Shown: positions 41,917 to 53,458, counted from the stretch's first letter. The stretch: DNA of 64,000 nt from Gammaproteobacteria bacterium (GCA_963662545.2 CAXXLL010000003.1:1088001-1152000), one strand, 5' to 3'. Notes: generated by a model not told the origin, from the letters alone. Translations and numbers: made by a program.

Positions 41917-42090
41917 CAGTTTTACGGCATCGAACCGCTTAGCAGAAAAATTCGATATCGATCGCTCCCAACATGAAGAATTTAACGACCCAATCGGACC
42001 CCACATTTGTTCGATGCCCGATACACATCGGGGGCCAAGGCCTTACTTCGGCGATTGATAGTCGGGAGGGAGGCGTATCTAGATCGGTCG

Positions 42091-43002
42091 CTAGTACGCG
42101 GGCATCGGTTGCATGAACGATATCGGTGCTACATCTTCCGATGCGTAGGAAATAACCTCCCACGCGTCTTCAGCGGCCAACATCTTGCGCAACAAACGAT
42201 TATTCAGCTCATGACCGGACTTATAGCCATGAAAGGCCCCGATCAAGCTGTGCCCGAGCAGGTAGAGATCTCCGATAGCGTCCAAAATCTTATGCTTCAC
42301 GAATTCGTCTTCGTAACGCAATCCATCCTCGTTAAGGACACGATAATCATCGACTACGATGGCGTTATCGAGACTCCCCCCGAGCGCAAGATTCTGTTCA
42401 CGCAATAGTTCTACGTCTTTCATGAAGCCGAAGGTCCGCGCTCGACTGACTTCCTTTACAAAAGACGTCGTCGAAAAATCTATTTCGGCATATTTACTGC
42501 GTTGCTGAAAGAACGGATGATCGAACTCGATCTCAAATGAAACTTTGAAACCTTCAAAGGGCTCGAACTTCGCCCACTTGTCGCCGTCCTCGACGGATAT
42601 CTTACGTTTTATGCGGATGAATTCTTTAGCCTTGTTCTGTTCTTCAAACCCGGCCGACTGTATCAGGAATACGAATGGCCCGGCACTCCCGTCCATGATG
42701 GGAACTTCCGCCGCGCTCACGTCGACATAAGCGTTGTCTATTCCGAGTCCCGCAAAAGCAGATAAGAGATGCTCGACCGTGGAAATCCGCACATTGCCCT
42801 TGGCCAGGCTGGTGGACAGGCTGGTGTCGCCGACGTTCTCCGCCCTGGCGACGATTTCGACCGGTGGGGAGAGATCATCACGGCGAAATACGATGCCGGT
42901 ATCCGCCGCCGCCGGCCGCAGTGTAAGAAAAACTTTGCGCCCCGTATGAAGGCCAACACCTGTTGCCCGAATAACGTTCTTCAGGGTTCTTTGTTTTATC
43001 AT
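42091..43002 (-). CDS. lpxC: UDP-3-O-acyl-N-acetylglucosamine deacetylase
   Basis: [29 protein letters not shown]. Confidence 0.98.
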   Translation of the reverse strand: MIKQRTLKNVIRATGVGLHTGRKVFLTLRPAAADTGIVFRRDDLSPPVEIVARAENVGDTSLSTSLAKGNVRISTVEHLLSAFAGLGIDNAYVDVSAAEVPIMDGSAGPFVFLIQSAGFEEQNKAKEFIRIKRKISVEDGDKWAKFEPFEGFKVSFEIEFDHPFFQQRSKYAEIDFSTTSFVKEVSRARTFGFMKDVELLREQNLALGGSLDNAIVVDDYRVLNEDGLRYEDEFVKHKILDAIGDLYLLGHSLIGAFHGYKSGHELNNRLLRKMLAAEDAWEVISYASEDVAPISFMQPMPAY

Positions 43003-43139
43003 TCTCCCCGCTTTCCCCTTAGCAAGACTCATTTTTCGCGGGATGATACCACACGTTCGTAATGTGCGGTAAATCGTGTTTTTCTTTCGACTTTACATCG
43101 GGGACCTAACGCATTTGGCGAGCTAATACACGAACCGTC

Positions 43140-44282
43140 TCAATCTGCCTGACGTCGCAGAAATGCGGGAATATCAAGATAGTCGACTCCCGATTCAGTA
43201 GCAGGCTTAGCTTCGACATCATCGTCTCTATTGCGAATGATCGTTGGGCGTTCAAGATTTTTGTAATCGAACTGTTCATCAGTCCTGCGAGGCGCTATCA
43301 CAACCGGTTCGTCCTTACTCCGATAGTCCAAACCAATACCTGTCGCGACTACTGTGACCCGTACTTCATCTTCCATCTGCTGATCGATAACCGTCCCGAC
43401 TACAATCGTCGCGTTGTCCGATGAAAATTCCTTCAAGGTATTGCCGACTTCTTCAAACTCACCCATCGTCAAGTCCATGCCGGACGTAATGTTTACGAGA
43501 ATGCCCTTGGCTCCGGACAGATTGATATCCTCGAGCAGCGGGCTGCAAATCGCTGCTTCGGCCGCGACCCGTGCGCGATCCTCTCCACGGCCGCTGCCGG
43601 AACCCATCATCGCCATTCCCATTTCAGCCATCACTGTTCGCACGTCCGCAAAGTCGACATTGATAAGTCCCGGGCAGGTAATCAGCTCTGCAATGCCTTG
43701 AACCGCACCGAGCAGCACATCGTTCGCAGCCTTGAAGGCGTTGAGCAGACTGATATCCCGACCGAGCACAGTCAACAGCTTCTCGTTCGGAATTGTTATG
43801 AGTGAATCGACGAACTGTGCGAGTTCCTTGATCCCGTCGTTCGCAATGTCTGCCCGCTTGCGTCCTTCGAAGGGAAACGGTCGCGTGATGACGGCGACCG
43901 TGAGGATACCCATCTCCTTGGCGAGTTGCGCGACGACGGGTGCCGCCCCGGTGCCCGTGCCGCCGCCCATCCCTGCGGTGATGAAGATCATGTCGGAACC
44001 CTCCAGAACGTCGATGATGCGTTCTCGATCTTCCATCGCGGCTTGTCGACCTATGACCGGGTCAGCGCCGGCCCCAAGCCCCTTGGTGATGTCACTGCCA
44101 AGCTGCAGCGTCGTTTTAACAGAGGTATTCTTCAACGCCTGTGCATCTGTGTTCGCACAAATGAATTCGACGCCGTCAATCGATGCGCTCACCATGTGCT
44201 GCACGGCGTTACCGCCGCCACCGCCCACACCAATCACCTTAATGATCGCGCTCTGGCTATAAGAGTCCATCAGTTCGAACAT
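43140..44282 (-). CDS. ftsZ: cell division protein FtsZ
   Basis: GGGTGTG tubulin motif, C-terminal YLDIPAFLRRQAD. Confidence 0.99.
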   Translation of the reverse strand: MFELMDSYSQSAIIKVIGVGGGGGNAVQHMVSASIDGVEFICANTDAQALKNTSVKTTLQLGSDITKGLGAGADPVIGRQAAMEDRERIIDVLEGSDMIFITAGMGGGTGTGAAPVVAQLAKEMGILTVAVITRPFPFEGRKRADIANDGIKELAQFVDSLITIPNEKLLTVLGRDISLLNAFKAANDVLLGAVQGIAELITCPGLINVDFADVRTVMAEMGMAMMGSGSGRGEDRARVAAEAAICSPLLEDINLSGAKGILVNITSGMDLTMGEFEEVGNTLKEFSSDNATIVVGTVIDQQMEDEVRVTVVATGIGLDYRSKDEPVVIAPRRTDEQFDYKNLERPTIIRNRDDDVEAKPATESGVDYLDIPAFLRRQAD

Positions 44283-44429
44283 GGCTATCCCTCCGTCTTC
44301 TGCTCATCCTGCAAGGGGTTGAGCGGTTGTTTTAATAGCAATCTACTCAGCGTAATAAATCTCAAATCGTTTCGGTAAATGGTCTGCGCGAGCCGCTTCT
44401 CGAGCGATCTACAGCACATTCCCAAGTAT

Positions 44430-45662
44430 TCAAAAGTTTCCATGAAACCAATTTTTCATTCGTTCCCAGACCGAGGCCGAGGATTCGAAGCGGCCCGGTT
44501 GACCAAAGCCTCCGAATTCGTTGTTTCCAAACAGCAACAGCCCAACACCGGTTGCATATATCGGGTTGCGTACCACGTCGACGAGTCCCGCGACATATTG
44601 GGGTGTTCCGAGTCTGACAGGCATATGAAATACTTCTTCTGCGAGCTCGATCGCGCCTTCCATTTTTGCACTGCCACCAGTCAGAACGATTCCCGCGGCG
44701 ATCATTTCCTCGAAGCCGCTGCGCTTGAGCTCATTTACGACGAGGTTGAATAATTCCTCGTAGCGAGGCTCCACGACTTCAGCCAGAGTTTGTCTTACCA
44801 ATCGGCGTGGAGGACGATCACCGACGCTTGGGACTTCGATCGTTTCGTCCGGATTCGCGAGCTGGGTCAGTGCGCAGGCGTATTGAATCTTGATGTCTTC
44901 CGCATGGTGCGTCGGGGTCCTGAGCGCTACCGCGATATCGTTGGTCACCTGATCACCGGCAATGGGGATTACCGCGGAGTGGTGAATGGCGCCGTTGATG
45001 AATACCGCGATATCCGTAGTGCCACCCCCGACGTCACACAGGCACACGCCCAGTTCCTTTTCATCCTCCGTAAGCACCGCGTAGGACGATGCGAGCTGCT
45101 GCAATATGATGTCGTCAACTTCCAGCCCGCATCTGCGTACGCACTTGATGATGTTTTGTGCGGCGGATACGGCTCCGGTGACCATGTGCACCCTCGATTC
45201 GAGCCGGACACCGGACATTCCAATCGGTTCGCGAATTCCTTCCTGCCCGTCGATGATGAACTCCTGGGGAAGAATATGAAGAATTTTCTGGTCGGCCGGT
45301 ATCGCAACCGCACGCGCGGCGTCGATCACTCGCTCGACGTCGTTGTGACCTACTTCACTGTCCCTGATCGCCACGATGCCGTGGGAATTCAAGCTTCTGA
45401 TGTGACCGCCTGCAATGCCCGCATACACGGAATGGATCTCGCATCCGGCCATGAGTTCGGCCTCTTCGATCGCTCGCTGTATGGATTGCACTGTGGACTC
45501 AATATTGACGACGACGCCCTTTTTAAGACCACGTGAGGGATGGGAGCCGATGCCGATCACTTCGACCTCGTTCTCGATTGATATCTCGCCAACGATCGCG
45601 ACAACCTTGGATGTTCCAATGTCGAGTCCAACAAGTAACTTCTTTTCCGGTTTCTTCACCAT
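44430..45662 (-). CDS. ftsA: cell division protein FtsA
   Basis: GLDIGTSK, DVGGGTTD, C-terminal amphipathic WFHGNF. Confidence 0.99.
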   Translation of the reverse strand: MVKKPEKKLLVGLDIGTSKVVAIVGEISIENEVEVIGIGSHPSRGLKKGVVVNIESTVQSIQRAIEEAELMAGCEIHSVYAGIAGGHIRSLNSHGIVAIRDSEVGHNDVERVIDAARAVAIPADQKILHILPQEFIIDGQEGIREPIGMSGVRLESRVHMVTGAVSAAQNIIKCVRRCGLEVDDIILQQLASSYAVLTEDEKELGVCLCDVGGGTTDIAVFINGAIHHSAVIPIAGDQVTNDIAVALRTPTHHAEDIKIQYACALTQLANPDETIEVPSVGDRPPRRLVRQTLAEVVEPRYEELFNLVVNELKRSGFEEMIAAGIVLTGGSAKMEGAIELAEEVFHMPVRLGTPQYVAGLVDVVRNPIYATGVGLLLFGNNEFGGFGQPGRFESSASVWERMKNWFHGNF

Positions 45663-45719
45663 GAGGGTGAACTCCCGAAGGCCCTGTGTGATTGTGTATT
45701 GGGTCGCAAATAAATCATG

Positions 45720-46487
45720 TCAGCCATTACCGTCCAGCGAACCGTGTTCGGACACCGCAAAACCATTCGTATATCTCAAGTCCACCCTCCCGATGCGGTC
45801 CCACACGGCAATCAGGCCGTGCTGGTATCCAAAAATGAATCTCGCAAGTCTGATTTCGAAGTCCTTGCGGCCGATAATGAGTTGACGTTCCGCCGAGGTT
45901 GTGACTGTCCACGCGTGGCGTTTGGACAGATCAAGCTGCACGGGACTCAAACCGACCGTGCCCAGCTGGCGTCGGACATAATGGTAGCGCTGCAAAACCT
46001 CTAACTCGGTGCCGAGCGGCCCGCTCAGCCGCGCGAGACCCGCCGGAATTTCATCGGATGCAGGCACGAAGATGTCCGCCTGTTCGTTCAATAGGGCGTG
46101 CCCTCCCCATCTCGCCACCGGCCGCTGCTCCACGATACTAACGCGCAGGGCGTCGGGCCAAACCCGCCGTACGCTGGCGTTAAGAATCCACGGCTCGTCC
46201 AGCAGGATATCCTGGATTTCTGACACATCTACCCCGAAAAAGCCGGCGTCCACCGCCTCGACAACGACGACCTGCAAATGGTCGGGATCGAGGTATCTAA
46301 ATTCACCGTCCACCATCACCTTACGGATCGGCAACGCGGCCGGGTCGGAGAGGGCTTTTGCCAGAAATCCCAGTCCGACAAGTGTCATGAACAACATCAC
46401 AGCGAAAACAATCAATGTAGGAGACGGAAGCTTCTCGTCACTGCGACCTTTTAGTTTGGCTTGCGATGGCAGATTCATGAGACTCAA
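45720..46487 (-). CDS. ftsQ: cell division protein FtsQ
   Basis: TM plus POTRA domain (PWI...VRRVWP), DLRYTNGFAV. Confidence 0.95.
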   Translation of the reverse strand: MSLMNLPSQAKLKGRSDEKLPSPTLIVFAVMLFMTLVGLGFLAKALSDPAALPIRKVMVDGEFRYLDPDHLQVVVVEAVDAGFFGVDVSEIQDILLDEPWILNASVRRVWPDALRVSIVEQRPVARWGGHALLNEQADIFVPASDEIPAGLARLSGPLGTELEVLQRYHYVRRQLGTVGLSPVQLDLSKRHAWTVTTSAERQLIIGRKDFEIRLARFIFGYQHGLIAVWDRIGRVDLRYTNGFAVSEHGSLDGNG

Positions 46488-47425
46488 AAACTCGAAGCCA
46501 AAATTGAAAGAACGAGTTCTTCAAACGACAGCCCTGCTTGACGAGCGGCCATCGGGACCAGCGAATGATCGGTCATTCCCGGAACGGTGTTGAACTCTAT
46601 CAACCACATGCGTGAATCCTCGCCGCGCATGAAATCGACGCGGCCCCACCCGCGCCCGTCCAGTGCTGCAAACGCGGCCAGAGCAAGCTCCGCTATAGTA
46701 CGTTCTTCGTCCGGTGACAAACCGCAGGGGCAGATATACTGAGTGGTATCCTCGATATATTTTGCTGCGTAATCGTAGAATTCATGAGGCGTTTCCACCC
46801 TTATTATCGGCAGTGCCGCATCACCCACGATGGAGAGCGTGTAATCTCTACCCTCGATCCAGCGCTCCGCCAGAACGGCATCATCGAATTTTCTTGCGTG
46901 CCCAAACGCTTCATCAAACTCGGAACCCGATTTGACCTTGGTAATGCCGAGACTCGAACCTTCCCGAGCCGGCTTGATAATCAATGGCAGCCCGAGCTTT
47001 TCGATCACTGCGGCGGCGTCGGATTCGGCGTCGATGACTTCAAACGGCGGCGTCAGCATGCCAGCTCCGAGCAGGGTGAGTTTCGCGCGTATCTTATCCA
47101 TCGCCAGTGAACAACCTAGGACACGCGTTCCGGTATAGGGCACACCCATGAGTTCCAGCACCGCTTGAATTTGCCCGTCTTCGCCGCCACGCCCGTGCAG
47201 AGCGATAAAATACCGATCAAACGCATTGTCGATAAAATCGTGTCCCAGCGCGCCGCTCCAATCAACGGCATGCGCATCGATGCCCGCGCTCAGCAAGCCT
47301 TGTAGAATCTCCTGACCGCTTTTCAGCGATATTTCTCGTTCGGCCGAAGCGCCGCCCATCAGCACGCCTACGCGTCCGGATTTTTCAATGACCTCGTCTA
47401 AGTCAATCCGCGGCTGCGCCGTCAT
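46484..47425 (-). CDS. ddl: D-alanine--D-alanine ligase
   Basis: GGASAEREISL, LHGRGGEDG, EGSS, NTVPGMT. Confidence 0.97.
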   Translation of the reverse strand: MTAQPRIDLDEVIEKSGRVGVLMGGASAEREISLKSGQEILQGLLSAGIDAHAVDWSGALGHDFIDNAFDRYFIALHGRGGEDGQIQAVLELMGVPYTGTRVLGCSLAMDKIRAKLTLLGAGMLTPPFEVIDAESDAAAVIEKLGLPLIIKPAREGSSLGITKVKSGSEFDEAFGHARKFDDAVLAERWIEGRDYTLSIVGDAALPIIRVETPHEFYDYAAKYIEDTTQYICPCGLSPDEERTIAELALAAFAALDGRGWGRVDFMRGEDSRMWLIEFNTVPGMTDHSLVPMAARQAGLSFEELVLSILASSF

Positions 47426-48381
47426 TCCTCGCCCCCTTCCTGTGTATTACGCTCGCCGGGGAGTCCGACGATCCTGACTTCGGGTTCGAGCCGCACTCCG
47501 GTGGTGGCTTCGACCTTCGCTTGGACGAATACAATGAGCTTTTCGAGGTCCTCCGCACTCGCGCCGTGATCGTTCTCGACAAAATTCGCATGCACCGACG
47601 AAATCGAACAACCGCCTAGTCGGTATCCCTTGAGGCCGCATTGCTCGATCAAGCGCCCGGCGAAATCTCCTGGGGGATTCTTGAAAACCGAGCCGCACGT
47701 GGCCTTACCGGCCGGCTGTGTCGCGGATCGCTGCGCCAGAACGGCCTTGATCTTGTCAGTTCCGCGGCCATCGGCTGAGCGCGTCATGCGTAAAATACCG
47801 CCGACGAACCATTCACCCTCCGGTCCGCGAATCTCCCGGTAATCCGGCTGGTATTCATCACGCGCTCGGTGGCGGACGCGACCTTGGCGATCGACCGTTT
47901 CCACCGATTCGACATAGTCCCAGACCTCGCCACCCAGGGCGCCCGCATTCATGGCCAGTGCGCCGCCCAGCGTTCCAGGTATCCCCGCCAGGAACTCGAT
48001 TCCGGCAAGATTTTTCGCTGCCGCCGCGCGCGCCAGGCGTGCACAAGTAACACCGCATTCCGCGTAGAGCCGGTTGCCATCGAGCCAGCGAAGCCGACCC
48101 AGGCCTGGTGTTGTCGCAATCACCGTGCCCCGCAAGCCGCCATCGCGGATCAGCAAGTTGCTGCCGAGACCGAGCCAGAAAATCGGCTCGGAATCCGGAA
48201 CAACGGACAGGAATTCGATCAGATCCTTAACGTCGGCCGGTTCGAAGTAACGATCGGCAACCCCGCCGCAGCGCCAGCTCGAATGTCTCGACATCGGTTC
48301 GCGATAGCGCACGACTCCGCGCGCCTCTAGATCCGCATTCCAATCGGACTGGGCATTCATACTAATTGACTGACTGCTCAT
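47422..48381 (-). CDS. murB: UDP-N-acetylmuramate dehydrogenase
   Basis: GLGSNLL, GIPGTLGGA..MNAGA, GSVFKNP, HANF. Confidence 0.96.
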   Translation of the reverse strand: MSSQSISMNAQSDWNADLEARGVVRYREPMSRHSSWRCGGVADRYFEPADVKDLIEFLSVVPDSEPIFWLGLGSNLLIRDGGLRGTVIATTPGLGRLRWLDGNRLYAECGVTCARLARAAAAKNLAGIEFLAGIPGTLGGALAMNAGALGGEVWDYVESVETVDRQGRVRHRARDEYQPDYREIRGPEGEWFVGGILRMTRSADGRGTDKIKAVLAQRSATQPAGKATCGSVFKNPPGDFAGRLIEQCGLKGYRLGGCSISSVHANFVENDHGASAEDLEKLIVFVQAKVEATTGVRLEPEVRIVGLPGERNTQEGGEE

Positions 48382-48402
48382 ACCAGGTTCGTGGGGAAGA
48401 TC

Positions 48403-49803
48403 TCATCCGATCAATTCCTCTGCGATTCCTCCTATGTTGCCCGCCCCGAGCATTGCAACCACGTCACCATCGCGAACGACCTCCGTAAGCACCTGCCGGA
48501 CCGATTTGAGATCGTCGACGAAGATCGGGTCCACCAGGCCACGCATTCGTATCGCGCGACACAGGGAACGGCCATCGGCTCCCGGAACGGCAGGCTCTCC
48601 GGCTGCATAGACTTCGAGAAGAAGCAAAACGTTCGCTCGTGACAACACGTTGACGAAATCTTCAAAAAGATCCCGCGTTCGAGAGTATCGGTGCGGTTGA
48701 AATACTACGATGAGACGCCGTTCAGGCCAGCTTCTTCTGATCGTTTTAAGCACAGCGTCAATCTCTTTCGGATGATGGCCATAATCGTCGACGATGGTCA
48801 GTTCACAATCTCCGATACACACGGATAGGTGCACCTGGCAGCGGCGCCCTATGCCCTGGAATTTTGAAAGCGCGCTGCGTACAGCATTCAGTTCAATGCC
48901 CAATTCGCGGGAGACAGCGATAGCCGCCAACGCATTCTGTACGTTGTGCTCCCCGGGCAGATTGAGCACGAATTCCTCCGCCTCGGGGTGCCCGTCAAAG
49001 CTCACGCGAAAATGCTCACGACCGTCAACATGTCTTAAGTCGTGACCAAGTACGTCCGCGCCTTCATTTAATCCAAAGGTGACGACGCGCGTGCGAATTT
49101 CGGGCACCAGGGAAGCCGCGTGCTCATCGTCGTGACTCACGCACGCAAATCCATAGGACGGGAGGCGGCGAAAGAATTCGACAAAGGTGGCTTTGAGCAC
49201 CGAAAAATCGCCGTTGTATGTTTCCATGTGATCGGCATCGACGTTCGTCAGAACTGCCATCAACGGATTCAATAGTAAAAACGATGCGTCACTCTCATCT
49301 GCTTCGGCCACGAGATAAGGACCCGTACCGAGACGCGCGTGAGAATTGATGCTCTTGACCAGGCCACCAACTACGAAGGTGGGGTCAAGTCCTGCCTCGG
49401 CTAGAACGCTGGCGATCAAGCTCGTGGTCGTCGTTTTTCCGTGCGTGCCGGCGACCGCGATGCCGCGTCGAAATCGCATCAGCTCGGCTAGCATCTCAGC
49501 GCGTGGAACCGCCGGAATTCGTTTCCGCCGCGCTGCCTGCAATTCCACATTGTCACCGCGAATCGCGCTCGAATACACGACGACGTCCGCGCCTTCAACA
49601 TGTGCGGAATCATGCGATTCGAAAACGGATACACCGATTGCACTCAGATGTTCGGTTATGCTTGAGGGGCTGATGTCCGACCCGGAAATACTGTAACCGA
49701 GATTGCAGAAAACTTCGGCGATGCCGCTCATCCCGGCACCACCAACACCGATAAAGTGAATGCTTTCGACTTTATGCATGAGTAGTTCGTTTTCTTCATG
49801 CAT
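48403..49803 (-). CDS. murC: UDP-N-acetylmuramate--L-alanine ligase
   Basis: GVGGAGMSG, GTHGKTTT, EADESD, DDYGHHP, FQPHRYSRT. Confidence 0.97.
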   Translation of the reverse strand: MHEENELLMHKVESIHFIGVGGAGMSGIAEVFCNLGYSISGSDISPSSITEHLSAIGVSVFESHDSAHVEGADVVVYSSAIRGDNVELQAARRKRIPAVPRAEMLAELMRFRRGIAVAGTHGKTTTTSLIASVLAEAGLDPTFVVGGLVKSINSHARLGTGPYLVAEADESDASFLLLNPLMAVLTNVDADHMETYNGDFSVLKATFVEFFRRLPSYGFACVSHDDEHAASLVPEIRTRVVTFGLNEGADVLGHDLRHVDGREHFRVSFDGHPEAEEFVLNLPGEHNVQNALAAIAVSRELGIELNAVRSALSKFQGIGRRCQVHLSVCIGDCELTIVDDYGHHPKEIDAVLKTIRRSWPERRLIVVFQPHRYSRTRDLFEDFVNVLSRANVLLLLEVYAAGEPAVPGADGRSLCRAIRMRGLVDPIFVDDLKSVRQVLTEVVRDGDVVAMLGAGNIGGIAEELIG

Positions 49804-50893
49804 CTATGAACTCCAGGCAATGCTTTGCGACGTCCTCGGTGGCGGAAGGCAAGGCAAGCGCCCGCGCCCGCATCGCCATATCGATCAGAGCATTGCGGTC
49901 GTTCAGGACACGGACCAGAAGAGTACGAAGCGACTCGGTGGTCATCTCATGTTCGGGCAACAGGACAGCTGCACCCTTGTCGGACAAGTACCGTGCGTTG
50001 ATGGTCTGGTGATCGTCGACCGCAAACGGATATGGAATCAGTATCGAGGCAATCCCGCACGCCGCTATTTCCGCTATGGTGATCGCGCCTGCCCGCGCGA
50101 TGACGATGTCAGCCCATCGATACGCTTCCGCCATATCGTCGATATAGGCTTCGACTTTGACGTCCGTAATCCCCTCCCCGAGTCGATATCGCGCGCGGGT
50201 CGAATCGACTTCGTCGGCACCGCATTGGTGCCTAACCCGCATGTTTCTAACCCCGCTTGTAGTGATCGCGGAAGGCACCTGTTCGTTTAGCGCGCGCGCG
50301 CCACGGCTGCCGCCGAACACGAGTACATTGACGCCTTTACGGGATGCCAGCCGATCGCCGGGCTGATCGATGCTGATGATCTCCGCGCGTACCGGGTTGC
50401 CTGTCGCGACGGCCATTGCCGCCGCTGGGAAACTTCCGGGAAAAGCTTCAAGCACGCACCTTGCGAGCCGCCTCAATAAGCGATTGGTCAAGCCCGGAAC
50501 TGCATTCTGCTCGTGAATGACAAGGGGGCGTCTGCACAACCACGCCGCCACCCCACCCGGGCCGCTGACAAAGCCCCCCATGCCGAGCACGACCCGCGGA
50601 TTCGTTTTCAAGATTGCAATAATTGCCTCAACCACGGCGAGAGAGAGGGTTACCGGCGCAGCTAACCAGCGCAGCAGACCCGTATGTCGAAGACCTGACA
50701 CGAGAATCAGGGAGAGCGGAAAGCCATGCTGCGGCACGACGCGGGCTTCCAGCCCTCGGCGTGTCCCCATCCAATAAAGTTTGATCCCCTGCTCCTTCAA
50801 CGCATGGGCAACCGCGAGTCCCGGGTAGACGTGCCCGCCCGTTCCACCGGCAACGATCATGACGGAGCGAGGTGAAAAATTCGGGCTAGACAA
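49796..50893 (-). CDS. murG: undecaprenyl-PP-MurNAc-pentapeptide GlcNAc transferase
   Basis: GGTGGH, HEQN, GNPVR, GGSRGA, DDHQT.NA. Confidence 0.97.
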   Translation of the reverse strand: MSSPNFSPRSVMIVAGGTGGHVYPGLAVAHALKEQGIKLYWMGTRRGLEARVVPQHGFPLSLILVSGLRHTGLLRWLAAPVTLSLAVVEAIIAILKTNPRVVLGMGGFVSGPGGVAAWLCRRPLVIHEQNAVPGLTNRLLRRLARCVLEAFPGSFPAAAMAVATGNPVRAEIISIDQPGDRLASRKGVNVLVFGGSRGARALNEQVPSAITTSGVRNMRVRHQCGADEVDSTRARYRLGEGITDVKVEAYIDDMAEAYRWADIVIARAGAITIAEIAACGIASILIPYPFAVDDHQTINARYLSDKGAAVLLPEHEMTTESLRTLLVRVLNDRNALIDMAMRARALALPSATEDVAKHCLEFIDA

Positions 50894-52094
50894 TGGCGTT
50901 ACCCTCCTCCGCTGCGAGACGTTGCGCCCTACGCGCCTCCAGGCCCGCTCGGCACACCAGCCCCAGTGACACGAATGTAATCGCCAAGTTGTTGCTACCG
51001 TAGCTCAAGAACGGCAGCGGTAATCCTTTGGTGGGTAATAGCCCCATGTTCACACCGATATTTACAAAGGCCTGTGTCCCGAGTAGAAGGCCGACCCCAT
51101 ATGTCGTGTACGCAGCGAAAATCAGGTTCGCGCGTTCTGCGATGCCGCCAATATGGAATATTCTCCAGATCAGAAACACGAAAACACCGATGACCGTTAT
51201 CGTACCGGCGAGACCCAATTCTTCGCCGATAACTGCAAAAACAAAGTCTGTATGAACCTCGGGCAGGTAGTAGAGCTTCTGCACACTGTTGCCGAGACCA
51301 ACACCAAACCATTCGCCCCGACCAAAGGCGATCAGCGCCTGCGTCAGCTGGAATCCCGAGTTGTACGGGTCCGCCCAGGGATCCATGAAAGTCATGACTC
51401 GCTGCAAGCGGTAAGGTGCGGTCACCGACAGCGCCGCCAGAGTCCCCAGGGCCGCGAACCCCCAGAAAAAGAACCTCAAGAACGGAACGCCGGCGAGAAA
51501 CAACATGCCGAGTGCGGTCGTGAACAATACGACTGCTGCGCCGAAATCGGGCTCGAGCAGAAGCAATGCAGCGATCACGGTGAGCACTCCGATCGGCTTG
51601 ATGAACCCCACGAATTCTCTCTGCACCTGGTTGTTGTGCCGAACCAAATAAGCGGCGAGATAGATCACTACGGCGAGCTTGGCGGGTTCAGAGGCTTGAA
51701 GTGAAATGGAACCCATTTGCAACCAGCGCATGCTGCCCTTGACCTCGTGCCCGAAACCCGGAATCAATACGGCGACGAGCAGCATGATTCCCAAAAACAG
51801 CAGGGGCGTACTGTAGCGATCGAGTTTTTCCAGCGGAATCCGCATCGCGGCAAACGCTGTTACGCAACCGATTACCGCCGCGCCGAGTTGCCTCCAAAAA
51901 TAGTAAAGCGGTGAGAATTCACGCCGCTCCGCGATGGACACCGAGGTCGATACGACCATGATTAAACCAATGCATAGCAGGGTCAGTGCCGCGCCGATCA
52001 ACCAGATATCGTATTCGAACTCTGATTTCTCACCGGGTCTGCTCTGCGGATCGCCCCGGGGAACGGCCTGATGATTGTGCACGGCTTGCGTCAT
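50886..52094 (-). CDS. ftsW: SEDS peptidoglycan polymerase FtsW
   Basis: QASEPAK, LPEVHTDF, PTKGLPLPFLSYG. Confidence 0.97.
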   Translation of the reverse strand: MTQAVHNHQAVPRGDPQSRPGEKSEFEYDIWLIGAALTLLCIGLIMVVSTSVSIAERREFSPLYYFWRQLGAAVIGCVTAFAAMRIPLEKLDRYSTPLLFLGIMLLVAVLIPGFGHEVKGSMRWLQMGSISLQASEPAKLAVVIYLAAYLVRHNNQVQREFVGFIKPIGVLTVIAALLLLEPDFGAAVVLFTTALGMLFLAGVPFLRFFFWGFAALGTLAALSVTAPYRLQRVMTFMDPWADPYNSGFQLTQALIAFGRGEWFGVGLGNSVQKLYYLPEVHTDFVFAVIGEELGLAGTITVIGVFVFLIWRIFHIGGIAERANLIFAAYTTYGVGLLLGTQAFVNIGVNMGLLPTKGLPLPFLSYGSNNLAITFVSLGLVCRAGLEARRAQRLAAEEGNAIV

Positions 52095-53458
52095 CTTACC
52101 CGCAGATCTTCGACCGCCTGTCGAAATACGCGGCCGCGGTGTCTGTAGTCATCAAACATATCGAAGCTGGCGCACCCCGGGGACAGCAGGACGACTTCGC
52201 CCCGCCGTGCCAGATGGGCAGCGGCGGATACCGCCGCGCGCAGATCCGTCGCGTACAGGCTCGCAATTCTGCCTTTGAGTGCGCGGCTTATTCGTTCCGA
52301 TGCCGCACCGATCAAAACGACGGTATGCATGTGTCGGACGGCGGCGTCGGCAAGATCAGAGAAATCGGCTCCCTTATGATCGCCGCCCGCGATCAAAACC
52401 CCCGAGCGGCCGCTGCAAAGCCCCTCCATCGACGCGCGGCTTGCGCCGGGATTTGTGGCCTTGGAATCGTTGATGAACGACACTCCCTCGATCTCGGCGA
52501 TAGTTTCGGCGCGATGTTCGAGGCCTTGAAACGACGTCAAGGCGCGGATCATTTCCGGTCCGACCGGCCCGATCTCCGAACAAATGGCGACGGCGGCGAG
52601 TGCATTAGCGACATTGTGCTTGCCGACGAGTTTCAATTCGTCGACGGCCGCGTATTCACCTGCCGGTCCCACGAGTAAGACCTCTGAATTCGCTTCGCGT
52701 AATCCGAACATACCGGTACCGGGGCGCCTGAGCGTGAAATCGATCCGCTTCCCCGGGCAGATGAGTCCGGCCGTTGCGGGGTCATCGGCATTCATTACGG
52801 CTGATTCGGCGCCCGCCAGTATCCGCGCCTTGATCCGCAGGTAATCGTCGAAAGAACCATGCCGGTCAAGGTGGTCGGGCGATATGTTGAGAATGCACGC
52901 GACGCGCGGCGCAAGCGTACGTGTGAGCTCGAGCTGAAAACTCGAAAGTTCGAGGACGTAAACTTCCGGTTCGTCTTCCTGAATTAGATCCAGCGCGGGT
53001 GGGCCCAAGTTCCCGCCGCAACGCGTCACTATGCCGGCAGCTTTCAGCATTTCGGCGACTAGCAAGGTCACGGTGCTTTTCCCGTTCGTCCCCGTAATCG
53101 CAACGACTGGCGCACGCGCAGATTCGGCGAACAGTTCGATGTCTCCGACCACGTCGACGCCTGCTTCGTACGCCGCGCGAAGCGAGGGATTGTCAACAGC
53201 CACGCCGGGGCTCAGGATGATGCGCCCACACGTCGATAATTCATCGGCATCCAGGCCGCCCGTTAACACCCTAGCCTCAGGGTATTCCCGCCGCACGTCA
53301 TCGGCGCACGGCGGTTCTTCACGCGTATCCATGGCGACGACTGTCGCCCCGCGAGCATGCAGGAACCGCACGCAGGACCGACCCGTCAGCCCCAGGCCTA
53401 CGACCGCAAAATCGGCAGCTCGCCCTCTCATTTTCGATGCCTTGACCCCCAGGTCCAC
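52091..53458 (-). CDS. murD: UDP-MurNAc-L-Ala--D-glutamate ligase
   Basis: GLGLTG, GTNGKST, ELSSFQL, NDSKATN, LSPGCASFD. Confidence 0.97.
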   Translation of the reverse strand: MDLGVKASKMRGRAADFAVVGLGLTGRSCVRFLHARGATVVAMDTREEPPCADDVRREYPEARVLTGGLDADELSTCGRIILSPGVAVDNPSLRAAYEAGVDVVGDIELFAESARAPVVAITGTNGKSTVTLLVAEMLKAAGIVTRCGGNLGPPALDLIQEDEPEVYVLELSSFQLELTRTLAPRVACILNISPDHLDRHGSFDDYLRIKARILAGAESAVMNADDPATAGLICPGKRIDFTLRRPGTGMFGLREANSEVLLVGPAGEYAAVDELKLVGKHNVANALAAVAICSEIGPVGPEMIRALTSFQGLEHRAETIAEIEGVSFINDSKATNPGASRASMEGLCSGRSGVLIAGGDHKGADFSDLADAAVRHMHTVVLIGAASERISRALKGRIASLYATDLRAAVSAAAHLARRGEVVLLSPGCASFDMFDDYRHRGRVFRQAVEDLRVR